Assembly (NCBI GenBank): GCA_963796055.1
Contig: CAWCKH010000002.1
Span: 176,787-240,786 of the forward strand
DNA from: an uncultured delta proteobacterium
GTDB lineage: Bacteria; Myxococcota; Myxococcia; Myxococcales; Myxococcaceae
Direction of reading: 5' to 3'
Length of the DNA: 64,000 bases
Positions 10,797 to 21,600 of this stretch are shown piece after piece. The notes under the pieces are model-generated. The model had not been told where the DNA came from and searched no databases. It was given only the letters and a program-made list of their open reading frames with translations. A program made the position numbers and the translations under genes. Every line of letters starts with the position of its first letter. Position 1 is the first letter of the stretch.

Positions 10797-11420
10797 TCAG
10801 TGCCCGGGTCCCGGCCGGCCCCCTCCCCAATTCCAGCCCCCAGGGGGCCCGCCTTCGCGGCGCCACTGATCAAGCTGGTTGCGCTGTTCCGGGGTGAGAA
10901 CGGCCCGCGCTTGGTTCGTTGCCTGAACGTGGGCCTCGAGCATCTCCTGGCGAAGCTTGCTCGTGTGGGCGTAGACCGCTCCGATTGCTTTGGGATCGGG
11001 TTCGCTTGCCGAGGAGAGGTCACGCAACTTGGCCTCGTCGTCCTGGATCTGGCCCATGATCGCCCAGTGCTTCTTCCGGAGCGCATCGGCGATGCCGTTG
11101 ATCTTCGTGCGCTGGGCATCCGAGAGGTTAAGCATCCAGATCGGCCCCATCCCGTAGCCGCCCATCATCCCAGGGCCCATTCCGTAGCCTCCGTAGCCGC
11201 CCATCATCCCGGGGCCCATTCCGTAGCCTCCGTAGCCACCCATCATCCCGGGGCCGCCCATCATCTCGGGTCCCATCCCGTAGCCTCCGTAGCCGCCCAT
11301 CATCCCGGGGCCCATCCCGTAGCTGCCCTGGCCCGCATCTCCTTGGGCCAGCACTGCTCCCGGGCTCACCAGGGCCGCGGCTCCGAGGAAGGCCATCAAC
11401 GAGGTAGCAAGACGTCTCAT
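10797..11420 (-). CDS. Spy/CpxP (LTXXQ) family periplasmic protein with GMGPGMMGGYG repeats
   Basis: Signal peptide, LNLSDAQ and VLTPEQR motifs, Met-rich tandem repeats at 11150-11320. Confidence 0.85.
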   Translation of the reverse strand: MRRLATSLMAFLGAAALVSPGAVLAQGDAGQGSYGMGPGMMGGYGGYGMGPEMMGGPGMMGGYGGYGMGPGMMGGYGGYGMGPGMMGGYGMGPIWMLNLSDAQRTKINGIADALRKKHWAIMGQIQDDEAKLRDLSSASEPDPKAIGAVYAHTSKLRQEMLEAHVQATNQARAVLTPEQRNQLDQWRREGGPPGGWNWGGGRPGPGH

Positions 11421-11739
11421 CTCTCTCTCCTTCGGGCTCGAGTTTCCCGTGGCGGAGCGGGGAACCTCACGGGCCGGAGAGGCCCGTGGCAAATCGAGAC
11501 GCTCACACCTTTGGCCTCAGCAAGACAAGCCCCTCGGCCCTCGCAAGGGCGCTGTCGGTCGGTTGTCCAGGACTGGACTCGACCGCGTGCTGGCGACCCG
11601 GTGGCGGGACGGAGTACCCAGGCATACGAGCCGCGCCCAACGATCTCACCACGTCCCAACCGCGTCTTCCGCGCCCCAGCGCGCCGCTGGGCGGGCGTGC
11701 GTGGCCCGAGTCAATCGATGAACTGACACGTCCCGACGA

Positions 11740-11845
11740 TGGGTCACGATCCTCGTCTCGAACACGCTCGGCACGGCACTTGGGGATTTCGTGGCGACGG
11801 ATGCTGGGCTGGGTTTCGAGGGCGGAGCTCTCGTATTCGCCGGGC
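11740..11845 (+). pseudogene. Fragment of a COG4705/DUF347 membrane-anchored protein
   Basis: WVTILVSNTLGTALGDFVATDAGLGFEGGALVFAG; no start or rest of gene. Confidence 0.65.
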
Positions 11846-12028
11846 CGATCCTCGATCGGAATGATGAGGAGGTGGGGGGCGGTTCTGATGTTTCGTCCGA
11901 AGTCTTGGACGTTGGCGGGGCGGGCGCCCTGAGCCAGAGCGGAGATCCGGCAGGAGACCAGCACCGGTGCGGGACGCACGCTGTCACGTGTGGCGGGATG
12001 TGCCTCAGCACGCACTGAGTCTAGGAAC

Positions 12029-13114
12029 CTATGGGAGCGAAATCGCCAGCTCCTCGGCGCCGAGAGTTGGATCTGCTCGCGCCACCACGCGGACCGACTC
12101 TCGAACTTTCTCGAGAACGAGCGGAAGGTCGGTCCTGCGATCGACGTAATGGCCGACCTCGTCGAGCGACGCAGGCCATGTGCCCCGGGTGTCATGCACA
12201 GCCCAGAGGCCAAGCCCGGACCGCAACAGCTCCAAGTCCGTTTCCAGCCTCCGCACCCGACGGAAGAGCTGGACCCAGCGCTCAATCCCTCCCGGGGAGT
12301 CATCCACGTCGGCGAGTCGCCAGAAGAACGGCGCCTCCCCCATCGCGCGGAGCGCTGGGTCGGCAAGCGCCGGAGAGGAATCGACGACTTCGATCGCGTG
12401 AGCTGAGACAAGGCATTGCTCCCTGCCGGCGGCCCGGCTGAAGAGAGTTCGCCTGACCTTGTGCAACCAGCTCCCGGTGTCCTGTTGCTGTCCGGCGGTC
12501 CGCATCAGGTGAATCGCCCCGGGCGGCAGCTGCGCCCGGGACTCCTCGCTCCAGTATCTGGCGAAGAAGGCAACCTGCGCGAACACCAGTTCCTGCTCTA
12601 GCGTATGCGCCAGGGTTGGCCATCCACTCTGGAGCGCTCTAACTGCAGAATAGAGTTCCTGCCGATGCGCCGGCGTCGCCTGTCGAGCAGTGTCCAGGCA
12701 AAGCGCTCGGGTCCGCGTTCCCCAGGCCGCCGCAACCATCCGCCCCAGAAGACTCGTCCCGGCAGAGGCCCGGAGAAGCCCCAAGAGCCCGATGCAGGTC
12801 TCGACCGCGCGGGAGGTGTCGCCTGATTCAAGTGATGCCCGTCCGCGGATGAGGCCGAGTCGAACACTGGTCTGGAGGTTCAGCGTTGACGGCTGGAGTC
12901 GCCAATCGTCGAAGATGGACCAGAGCTGGAAGCTCGGCGGGAGTCGGTTCGCGCTTCCCCGAGCGGCGAAGAGAAGGGTCTTCAGCTCCGGTTCGAGATG
13001 CTGGGCCGCCTCCACGAGCTCCGGCGCGGTCGCCACGGGAGCACGGCCCTCCACCACCGCGGCAAACCGGGGACCGTTCTCGGCTGAGGGACTGCCCCGT
13101 TGAACAGGGTCCAA
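12029..13114 (-). CDS. Hypothetical protein (start uncertain)
   Basis: 361-codon ORF with helical, protein-like composition. Confidence 0.5.
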   Translation of the reverse strand: MDPVQRGSPSAENGPRFAAVVEGRAPVATAPELVEAAQHLEPELKTLLFAARGSANRLPPSFQLWSIFDDWRLQPSTLNLQTSVRLGLIRGRASLESGDTSRAVETCIGLLGLLRASAGTSLLGRMVAAAWGTRTRALCLDTARQATPAHRQELYSAVRALQSGWPTLAHTLEQELVFAQVAFFARYWSEESRAQLPPGAIHLMRTAGQQQDTGSWLHKVRRTLFSRAAGREQCLVSAHAIEVVDSSPALADPALRAMGEAPFFWRLADVDDSPGGIERWVQLFRRVRRLETDLELLRSGLGLWAVHDTRGTWPASLDEVGHYVDRRTDLPLVLEKVRESVRVVARADPTLGAEELAISLP

Positions 13115-14008
13115 ACGGCGGGATCCAGCGCAGCCAGCCCCGGGTTCTCCACGTTGAGCGGTGCCGCAGGTGGCTGCGGGGCCACCGCGAGCTCACCGGC
13201 GCGCCGGACCGCCCAAGCTTCACAGCCTGCACCGTCGTGGGTCGGTGGAAGTCGAACGGCCAGGAGAATGGCAAGGAGTCCCCCCACGGAACGTGAGTGT
13301 ACCTCAGCCGTCGCATCCACGCCCGTGAACGGCTTCGGACGAGGCCCCCATCTCTCTGCTCTTGGGCGAACCGGGCAGCGCCTGCATGATACTGGATGCG
13401 TGGACCAGGACTTCGAGTTGTTCGGGGAGCTAGGCGCTGTCGTTCCGCCGACCGAAGTTCAAATGTCGGGGACCTGGTCGGCGCGGACGCGGCGGCAGTA
13501 CGCGTCGCGGGAACAAATGGGCACGGGCGAGGGCCCGTACGTCGAGATTGTGGACTGGATCTGGGAAGGGATTTTCGCCAGCGTCGCGCCGTTCGACGAA
13601 ATCGCAGTCCTGGCCGCCAGGAACACCCTGTGCTGGGCGAAGTCGCAGCCGCCGCTGGCTCAGGCCCCGGTGAGCGTCGCGGCATCAGCCTGCGCAGGCA
13701 CCCCGATTTCTGTTTCCTTCACCGGCGCGTTCCACGGCGCGTACCCACCGTCCGTTCCCGTGGAGATCAGCGAGGAGCCGCCCAAGGCCTGCGTCCTCGG
13801 GGCATCGCAGACCACGATGGGCACGCTGCACGTCGTGGCGCAGCTAGGACGTGCCGCGTTTGGGGTCGTTCTCCTACCAGCCTCAGCCGTGAAAGTTGGG
13901 CGCAACCGCCTGTGGCAGCTCCGCGAGCCGTTGGCTTCGACACTCGGTCCAGAGCTGCAACGGCTGCTGATGGGTGGCCGGAGCGGTGAACTCGAACTCA
14001 AGGACTGA
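13100..14008 (+). CDS. Hypothetical protein (start uncertain)
   Basis: Long ORF, no recognisable motif. Confidence 0.3.
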   Translation: MNRVQTAGSSAASPGFSTLSGAAGGCGATASSPARRTAQASQPAPSWVGGSRTARRMARSPPTERECTSAVASTPVNGFGRGPHLSALGRTGQRLHDTGCVDQDFELFGELGAVVPPTEVQMSGTWSARTRRQYASREQMGTGEGPYVEIVDWIWEGIFASVAPFDEIAVLAARNTLCWAKSQPPLAQAPVSVAASACAGTPISVSFTGAFHGAYPPSVPVEISEEPPKACVLGASQTTMGTLHVVAQLGRAAFGVVLLPASAVKVGRNRLWQLREPLASTLGPELQRLLMGGRSGELELKD

Positions 14009-14143
14009 ACGTCCGACGAAGCGAGGAGCGGACCGTGCGGTGGTGCGGCTCAAAGCGGCACTCGGCGGCGGTCTGAATATGACCGGTCGAGACAGGATCG
14101 GCGATCAAGCCCGCCTCGACTCCGTCCCCCCGGGGGCCGACGG

Positions 14144-15283
14144 TCAGGGTAGCGGGACGATGCGGTCGAGGCGATTACGGCCGTCCTCGACGAAGTACAG
14201 CCCATCCGGGGCAAGCACCATCGCCGTCACAAACGACAGGTCGCGCGCGAGCGGCACAGCGATCCCGGTGGCGAGGTCGTAGCGGTAGAGGCTCTGCGGC
14301 GGAGCGGGATTGGGGCCGAACTCAGCGGGGAACGTGGCGAAGTACACCGTTCCTGTAGCGACCGCTCCGGCGACGACCGGGAGGTCCGTTGCGAGCAGCA
14401 GCTCCTTGGGGCCGCCATCCCTGGCGACCCGTGAGAGCGTCCCGCCATCGCCGAACCGGTCTCCCGAACCCCAGTACACGAAGTGCTCATCGACCCCGAG
14501 CACGTACGCAACCTGCTCCGCAGGGGCGAGGGTGAGGACGTTCCCGTCGAAGTCGAAGCGCACGATGTCCGCGAAGAAGCCCCCTGCGTACGGGAGCACG
14601 GAGGCGAAACCTTCTGGCCCGTCGACTGCCATGGAGAAGACGCCGCCGCCGACCGGGAAGTCGCGCCAGGGACCGCCGCCGTCCGTCTGCCAGAGATGGA
14701 CACCTCGCGAGTCCCCGACCACCAGGGTGTTGCCCGCTATCCTGAGCACCGAGCTGGTGCCGCTCGCAGTTCCGATCGGTCCTGCGGCCCCGGTCTCTCG
14801 AACGAGACGGTGGACGTAGCCGTCGACAGCCGTCCAGTACACGCCGGCGTCGTCGAGCGCGAGCGAGATGGGTTCATCGTAGAGGTTGTCTCGCGCCCAG
14901 ATCTCGCGCGTAACCCCGGTGTCGAGCGCCGTGTCGTAGATGGCGAAATACATCGCCCAGAAGAGATGGGTGCCATCGACCGCGAGCGCCCAGGCGCCCG
15001 CGTCCGGGGCCGCGGAGAGCACGGCCCCGTTTGCGCCGCCGTCCACGGCTCGCCAAGACAGGACGAAGGTCGGCAACCCGGCATCCTGGGGTGGACCCGA
15101 GTCCTGACCCGCGTCCGGTACGTGTTGCTCTCCCGAGCAGCCGAGGACGGTCGCGATCCCGAGCGTCAGGGCTAGGCCTGCGAGTCTCGCTCGGGACCTC
15201 GGCCGCGAATCGTTGTTGCCCGCTGCGCGGACGCCACGTAGAGCCCGGACAAGCTTGTTGAGCTCGGTCACTGTGTGGTGCAC
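14144..15283 (-). CDS. Lipoprotein with beta-propeller-like repeats
   Basis: Lipobox VLGC; repeats of LAVDGTHLFW / LALDDAGVYW / LGVDEHFVYW. Confidence 0.75.
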   Translation of the reverse strand: MHHTVTELNKLVRALRGVRAAGNNDSRPRSRARLAGLALTLGIATVLGCSGEQHVPDAGQDSGPPQDAGLPTFVLSWRAVDGGANGAVLSAAPDAGAWALAVDGTHLFWAMYFAIYDTALDTGVTREIWARDNLYDEPISLALDDAGVYWTAVDGYVHRLVRETGAAGPIGTASGTSSVLRIAGNTLVVGDSRGVHLWQTDGGGPWRDFPVGGGVFSMAVDGPEGFASVLPYAGGFFADIVRFDFDGNVLTLAPAEQVAYVLGVDEHFVYWGSGDRFGDGGTLSRVARDGGPKELLLATDLPVVAGAVATGTVYFATFPAEFGPNPAPPQSLYRYDLATGIAVPLARDLSFVTAMVLAPDGLYFVEDGRNRLDRIVPLP

Positions 15284-15660
15284 GTGAAGGCGCCCCCGTC
15301 ACACGTTCCGGCCACGCACTGCCCGCCCCAGCATTCCGCGTCCACGGAACACGGAACACCGGCGTCCTTTCGACTGACGCAGCTGGGCGGGCCTGCATCC
15401 ACTGAGCAGTAGCTCCCCTGGTTGCAGAAAATGGCCCCGCAGCTCGGTCCGGGCGCGAAGCAGGGTCCCTCCGGGTCAGAGCTGCTGCTGCAGCCGACCA
15501 GGCTAAGGCCGCACATGGCGACAGCCCAGATGGAAGCCAGGGCGGGCCGCACCCCCACGCTCAACGGACGAGGGGCTGCAGGGGCGATTCGTGGAGCACC
15601 TCCCCCTGTCTTCGTCGCATCGCCGACCACCGCCGGATGCGCGCCTCGGCAAGGCCTCAC
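15268..15660 (-). CDS. Small Cys-rich lipoprotein
   Basis: LVGC lipobox followed by about 10 Cys; overlaps the start of the next gene. Confidence 0.55.
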   Translation of the reverse strand: MRPCRGAHPAVVGDATKTGGGAPRIAPAAPRPLSVGVRPALASIWAVAMCGLSLVGCSSSSDPEGPCFAPGPSCGAIFCNQGSYCSVDAGPPSCVSRKDAGVPCSVDAECWGGQCVAGTCDGGAFTCTTQ

Positions 15661-16080
15661 GGCGAGCCCCCCTAACTCCTGTCCCGACTGGAGAAGAGCA
15701 CGGCGGCGGCGCGCGATCTACGTGTGTCACTCGCACTCCATGCCGTGTTCTCGAGGCGAAGAGGCAGGGCGGTCGCCGCAACTCTGACGAGGCTGGACGG
15801 CCACGCACCTTCGACGAAGCTCAGCGCGGCCGGAAGGCCGTCAAGAGCAGCCTCTCTCAGATCGTCCGCCCACCGCCTGACCCCGTCTCGCGGCTCGGAC
15901 GGGTACGCGCGTGCTCGCGAGGGACGTCGCCGGGCCTGAGCGTTGCACGAGACCCGTGGACCCGGATGCCTTCCAGGAGGGCTTCCGGCTCAAGGGACCA
16001 CGCGAGACGTGCGTCACGGGCGGGGGAATTGGTCCCGGTTGGTTCCAATCGATCCGGGGCTGCTCATCCGGAGCGGGAGC

Positions 16081-16309
16081 ATGCACCGGAGCACCACCGA
16101 GTCCTCGACGACGTCCCCATCCACCCCCCTGGCTGAGCGCGCCGAAGGCGACGCGCTACCTGCGCCTGCCGTCCGTTCGCGCGCTGTACCAGGCCGTCCG
16201 TCGCGGTTGGGTCCCGGCGCACCGGTTCGGCCCGCGCCAGCTCCGCTTTCACCGCCTCGAGCTCGACCAGGTCCTCGGCGCTCCGGGCGGCCGCATCGCC
16301 GCGCGGTAG
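16081..16309 (+). pseudogene. xis: Excisionase-like HTH (HTH_17); apparent +1 frameshift in the C6 run at 16124-16129
   Basis: PWLSAPKATRYLRLPSVRALYQAVRRGWVPAHRFG; the RBS-preceded ATG 16081 is one base out of frame. Confidence 0.7.
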
Positions 16310-16346
16310 AGTCCAGCCACGACGCCCGCCTGCCCAAGGAGAACGA

Positions 16347-17399
16347 ATGGGCGTCACGCGGTACCAGGCAGATGGACAGACGTGGTGGCGGGTGGACGCG
16401 TGGGTCGTCGATCGCGACGGCCGACACGTTCGCTTCCGCCAGAAGCGCATCCCCACGAAGGAGCAGGCCTTGGCGGTCGCGGCGAAGGCGAGGACGGAGT
16501 CGTTCGAGGGAACCTTCCTCGGCCGGCGTCGTCTGCCGCGACACACCGTCGCCGAGCTCTGGAAGTCATACGCTCCCGCTGCCGAGCGGGACAACGACTC
16601 GTGGGCGACGGACCAGGGCCGAGCGAAGCACCTGCTCCGGCACCTTGGCACGATGCAGGCAGACCGGCTCACGCTGAAGGAAGTCGACGCGTACCGGGAC
16701 ACGCGGCTGAAAGCGCGGACGAAGCGCGGCACTCCGCCGACGCCAGCGACGCTCGATCGCGAGGTCGAGCTGCTCAAGCGGCTGCTCGGCTACGCGTTCA
16801 AGTCCGGTGAGCTGAAGGACCACCCGCTCCGCGGCGTCCAGCTCCTCCGGAAGCCGAACGTTCGGCGGATGGTGCTCGACGAGCACGGGTTCCAGCGGCT
16901 CTTCGCAGCGGCGGAAGAGGCGCTCCGGCCCATCCTCCTCGTCGCCTTCGACACCGGCATGCGCAAGGAGGAGCTCCTCGCGCTCCGCTGGGAGCAGGTG
17001 GACCTCGATGCGAGCACCATCACCCTCGCGCCCGAGGACACGAAGACGGACGAGCCCCGGCTGATCGTCCTCACCGCACGCGCGAAAGAGGCGCTCGGGA
17101 CGCTCCACTCACCGAAGGCGACCGGCTTCGTCTTTGTGAACCCGCGGACGAGGACGCGCTGGGTGGACGTGAAGAAGCGCTTCCGCCGAGCAGTCGAGGC
17201 AGCAGGCCTCCACGGCCTCTGGTTTCACGACCTGCGGCGGAGCTTCATCACCCGGGCGCGCAGATTGGGCGTCCCGGAGTCGGTCGTCATGCGGATGAGC
17301 GGGCACCGCACGCGCGCGGTGTTTGAGCGGTACAACATCGTCGACACCCAGGACCTGCGGGCGGCAGTGCGCGCGCTCGAAAGTCTTGGACACGTTTAG
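16347..17399 (+). CDS. int: Tyrosine recombinase/integrase (intact, 350 aa)
   Basis: DTGMR, TKT, FHDLRR, SGH, ERY catalytic set; RBS AAGGAG. Confidence 0.95.
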   Translation: MGVTRYQADGQTWWRVDAWVVDRDGRHVRFRQKRIPTKEQALAVAAKARTESFEGTFLGRRRLPRHTVAELWKSYAPAAERDNDSWATDQGRAKHLLRHLGTMQADRLTLKEVDAYRDTRLKARTKRGTPPTPATLDREVELLKRLLGYAFKSGELKDHPLRGVQLLRKPNVRRMVLDEHGFQRLFAAAEEALRPILLVAFDTGMRKEELLALRWEQVDLDASTITLAPEDTKTDEPRLIVLTARAKEALGTLHSPKATGFVFVNPRTRTRWVDVKKRFRRAVEAAGLHGLWFHDLRRSFITRARRLGVPESVVMRMSGHRTRAVFERYNIVDTQDLRAAVRALESLGHV

Positions 17400-17478
17400 G
17401 ACACACCCGGTGTTTTTGGCCCCAGAAACACCAAAGCCCCACCACCGTAAGGGTCGGTAGGGCTTCGGCATTTTCGGA

Positions 17479-17500
17479 GTTGCGGGGGCGGGATTCGAAC
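17479..17500 (-). other. att core: 3' 22 nt of tRNA-fMet
   Basis: Reverse complement GTTCGAATCCCGCCCCCGCAAC (T-loop plus acceptor strand), 80 bp past int. Confidence 0.75.
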
Positions 17501-18434
17501 GACAAAGCAGACCCGTCCTCTCCTTCGTGGCGGACATCGCCCGAGACCGCGGGGCCTCAGATCCAGAGAGCTTCGTCCGTGTTCGCGCTCCCCGCCCCGC
17601 AGCCTGAGGACTTGCGAGCGCCCGTCGTCGCGCCATCGCGGCGGGCCCTTCCGAAGCTCCGGCCGTTCCCCCCTGGCCTGAGCCCGTGCGGCCGGCGCCC
17701 TTCGAGCTGTGGCCCCGGGCGGAGGCGTCCAGCGATGACGCCCGCCGCAGCGCCTTCGCCGAGCAGTTCGCCGAGCTGGAAGCCCGCCGGGTCGAGCGCC
17801 GCGTGGAGCGCCGGGTCAGCGGCCGGGCCCGCCGCATCGCCAGGGAGATCCGCGGGCTGTTCCAGGAAGCCAGTCACCTGCGGCGGCCGTAGCGCTGGGA
17901 GGGCTGGGGGACGGCAGCAGCTCCCCTCCTCAGCGAGGGGAATTGGTCTTGTACTGCGGAAACGGCCCATCGCTACTCCTCTTCCTTGACGTCCAAGCCT
18001 TGTTTTCCAAACGGCCCAGAATCTCTGCTTGCCGAGTCGGATGAAATAGAATCCGTGATCCGATTTCTCGACGTGCAGCCAGTCCCCCAGAAGGACCTCG
18101 TCGACCTCGCCGGAGTCGGTGGTCTGTATCCGCCAGTCCATCCGGTTGTTCGGAACGTTGGCTGTTGGTCGAGGACCGTTCCCCGCCAAGGTCCGCTACC
18201 TCCTCAGCGAGGTCCGAGTGGACGGTCCAGGCTTCGCTGCCGATGCGTCGAGTCGCCCGGAACCTCAGGTCACCGAGGGTAATCACTGATGAACCTGCCA
18301 GCTACTCCGCATACCCAGCGGCGCGTCGGCAAGGCCGTGAGCTGGACACCACCACCAGCAGTTTGAACGGGGCCCGCGACGGCCTCCATGTGACTGGACG
18401 GCACGTGCAGCGCGGACCCGCCGTGGCTTTGCCA

Positions 18435-18600
18435 CCGTGTCTCGAAGCGAGTGAGCGCATCCAGAGACAAATCGACCAGCCAGTCGCCGATTTGAAGCTG
18501 CGCTGACGAGGCCCCGAGGTTCATTCGGGCGCACCTAAGTGCTTGGAAGCTCAATGGTGAGGAAAGGCTTAGAAATCCGCAAGACGTCCGTGAGGACTCG
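18435..18600 (-). pseudogene. 5' remnant of a wHTH regulator paralog with its promoter region
   Basis: MNLGASSAQLQIGDWLVDLSLD matches the N-terminus of the gene at 24976; upstream DNA is also homologous. Confidence 0.75.
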
Positions 18601-18673
18601 CCGCGGCTGCGAGGTGTTCACTCGCCGCCGGCAAAGTGCTCATCGGCGCAACACGTCACGGCGGAGAACTTCC

Positions 18674-21600
18674 ATGATTCGAGCATCTGTCGCGAGTCCA
18701 GTGCTCATGCTGCTGTTGCTGGCGTCGGCTGGCTGCACCTCGAGTGGCAGCAACGCCGGGTCCGGCGGCGCGCCAACGTGGTCGAAGTCCTACGGCGGGG
18801 AGGGCGACGATCAGGCAAGTGCCGTCATCGCCACGGCGGACGGCAACTATCTCTTCGTCGGCACGTGGAACGGCGAGGGGGCCGGCACGGCCCTGTCCGA
18901 CGAAAATGAGGTCGACGGCGACCTCTGGGTCGTGAAGCTCGACACGCTCGGCAACGTCATCTGGCAAAACGCCTATGGCGTGCGCCGCACGAGCGGGCCG
19001 ATTGGCGCCACGCAGACGATTGCTGCCGTGCGTGAATCTGCCGATGGCTCGATTTGGCTGGCGGGAACGCGCAGCGCCAATCCCTCGCCCCGGGGTGATG
19101 CGCGCGCCGATATCGTCGTCATGCGGCTTGCCGCCGACCGGCGGCCGCTGTGCACAACAGTAGTCGATAGCGGCCCCTATCCCGGCAATTCGTTCTACTA
19201 CCCTGGAGATACCGCAGACGACACTGGGTACGACATCTGGCCGACGAGCGACGGAGGCGCGGTGGTTGCCGGCTGGACAACAGCGATCGCGCGCGACGGC
19301 AATACGGCCTACCCCATACGCGCGCCGTACGTGTTCAAGGTTTCCGGCACGTGCGGCGTCGCCTGGACCCGTCACGTGCGCGATGACGAGATGCGCTACG
19401 TGAGTGAGCAGCCGTCGCAGCTCCTCGTGCGCGAAGCGAGCGACCACGGCGCAGTCATGGCGCTCAATACGCGGGTGCGGCCAGCCGGCAGCGGCAGCGC
19501 CAGTCCTGAGTTGCGCCTCGCCCGCTTCGATGCCGGCGGCGCTGTCCTGTGGTCGCAATCCTTTGACGAGGCGGTTGCGCTGCGCGACCTGATCCAGATC
19601 GATGGCGACCTGGACGGGGCGGACGACGACGCCTTCGTGCTCGTGGGCAGCAGCGCCGGGCGTGGGCTGATCATGCGCATCGACGACGATGGCAATGGCG
19701 GCGCGTCCGAGGCATGGGCCACGAGACTCGATGACGCGAGCGTGCTGAACGCGGTGATCCAGAAATGTCATCGGCAAGCGAGTGGAGAGCGCATCTGCAA
19801 CTATCGGACAGTGGGCGCGAGCTCGACGGGCAACGGGTACGCTGCGTTCGTTTACGACGATGGCGGGGAGGCCTATTCGCGGGAGTTTCCGGAGTTGGGA
19901 CCCGCCACGGATATTCGCCTGCGGCAGGACGGTCCCTCGGCACTCTTCATCTACTTCGATATCGTCGGGGCGCGCCATCGCGGCGGCTGGATTGCCACTG
20001 TCAACAACATCCTCGGCGATGTGAGCGATCCGGTGCTGCGCAATGTGCGGCTCATCGACTACGCTCCGGACAGGATAGAGTACACACCGAGCCAGAGTCT
20101 GCTCGACATAAGCGCAACGACCGTCTCTCGGTTGGCGACGGACGGCTCCCTCGAGTGGTCGCAGACCTTCGACTCAACCACTGAACGCCGCGTCGAGCGG
20201 GCGTACTTCGTCGAACAAACGGACGACAATGGCAACGGGCGACTCGATTCCAGCGACGGCTACCTCGTCGCCGGCGAGAGCACTTCCGACAACGCCGACC
20301 CGAGCGCGCGCGGCGCAACCTGGCTCATCAAGCTCGACGCGAACGGCGGTCTTGCCTGGCAGCGCCTTCTGGAAGATTTCACGTCCTGCGGCACGCGCTA
20401 CCAGCCGGCGGAGGCTGTCGCCGCGGTCGCGAGCCGCGGCTATGTCGTCGCGGGCTTCGATGGCCAGACCCTGCGGCTCGCCGCGCTCGATCCGAATGGT
20501 GACGTGCGCGCGACCACGACACCGCTCGTCGGTCTGGTAGAGCGGCAATATTTCTGCGACGTGCGGGTATCCAGTCTCGTTCGGACCCTGGACGAGGGAT
20601 TCGCGCTCGCCATTGACCTGCCTCCGGGGGGCGTTCTGCTCAAGCTCGATGCCAATGCGCAGCCTGTCTGGCGCAAACGCCTCAAGCTGCGTCCCTCGAC
20701 CGTGCGTGAATTGTCCGACGGTGCGCTGGTTGTAGCCGGTTCGGTCGGTGCGCTCAATGACCCTGAGATCCAGAAATTCACGTCCGCTGGCGATCTCACG
20801 TGGAGCCGGGACTATGGATTTGGCATTTCGGTCTTCGCCGACAACGTTCGACTCTCCCCGCTCGCCAACGGCGATCTGTACGTCGCGGTGACACAAATGG
20901 ACGGCTCGCCGGGCGGGACACCCGCCGACCTTGCAAGTCAGGGTTTTTGGAACACGCTCCTGTGGAAGACCGACGCCAACGGCGACGTGCGCTGGGGCCG
21001 CATCTACGGCGCCGCGCAGGATGAGCACGTGCTTGCGATCGCGACGTCGCCCGACGAGGGTGCGATCGTCGCGGGACGCTCGTTGTCGTTCGGTGATCGC
21101 AGCGAAGCGTGGCTGCTTCGCGTGGGCCCCGACGGCATGGTCACCGAGGGTTGTAACGCGCTGCGCGCGGCGTCGGCTGCCGTCAGCGCGATCCCCGTGT
21201 CCGCACTCGTCTCCAACTACACGCCGCAGCTGCGGCCCGAGGACATGCACACGCTGGCGCTCACCTCGCGCACGACGCAGGCGCCACGGTTCGCCCCGCA
21301 GTCGCTCGTGGTGGCGCGACAGTGCGAGGGCAATGCGCGGACGGACTCCGGTCCGCCCGCGGTGCGTCGCACCTTTCGCCTCACAGTCGCGCAGGGCAAC
21401 GCCGCCACGTCCGGCGTCGTGACGAGCACGCCGTCGGGCATCGTGTGCGGGACGGCGGAAGAGGGCGGCGGCTTTTGCTCGCATGACTTTGTCGCCGACT
21501 CGACGGTCTTTCTCAAGGTCGATCCCGCCGATCTTCCGCGGCTGCGCAGCTGGGGCGGGTGCGACCGCATCACCGTCGGCCAATGTGAGGTCTTCATGGG

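Noticed and set aside
11150..11320. CRISPR-like repeats
   Set aside because: Tandem coding repeats (GMGPGMMGGY) with no unique spacers and no cas genes; the same applies to 6085-6183.
17960..17992. Possible further IS91-like terminus (ctcttccttgac)
   Set aside because: Only a partial match and no upstream homology; not counted.
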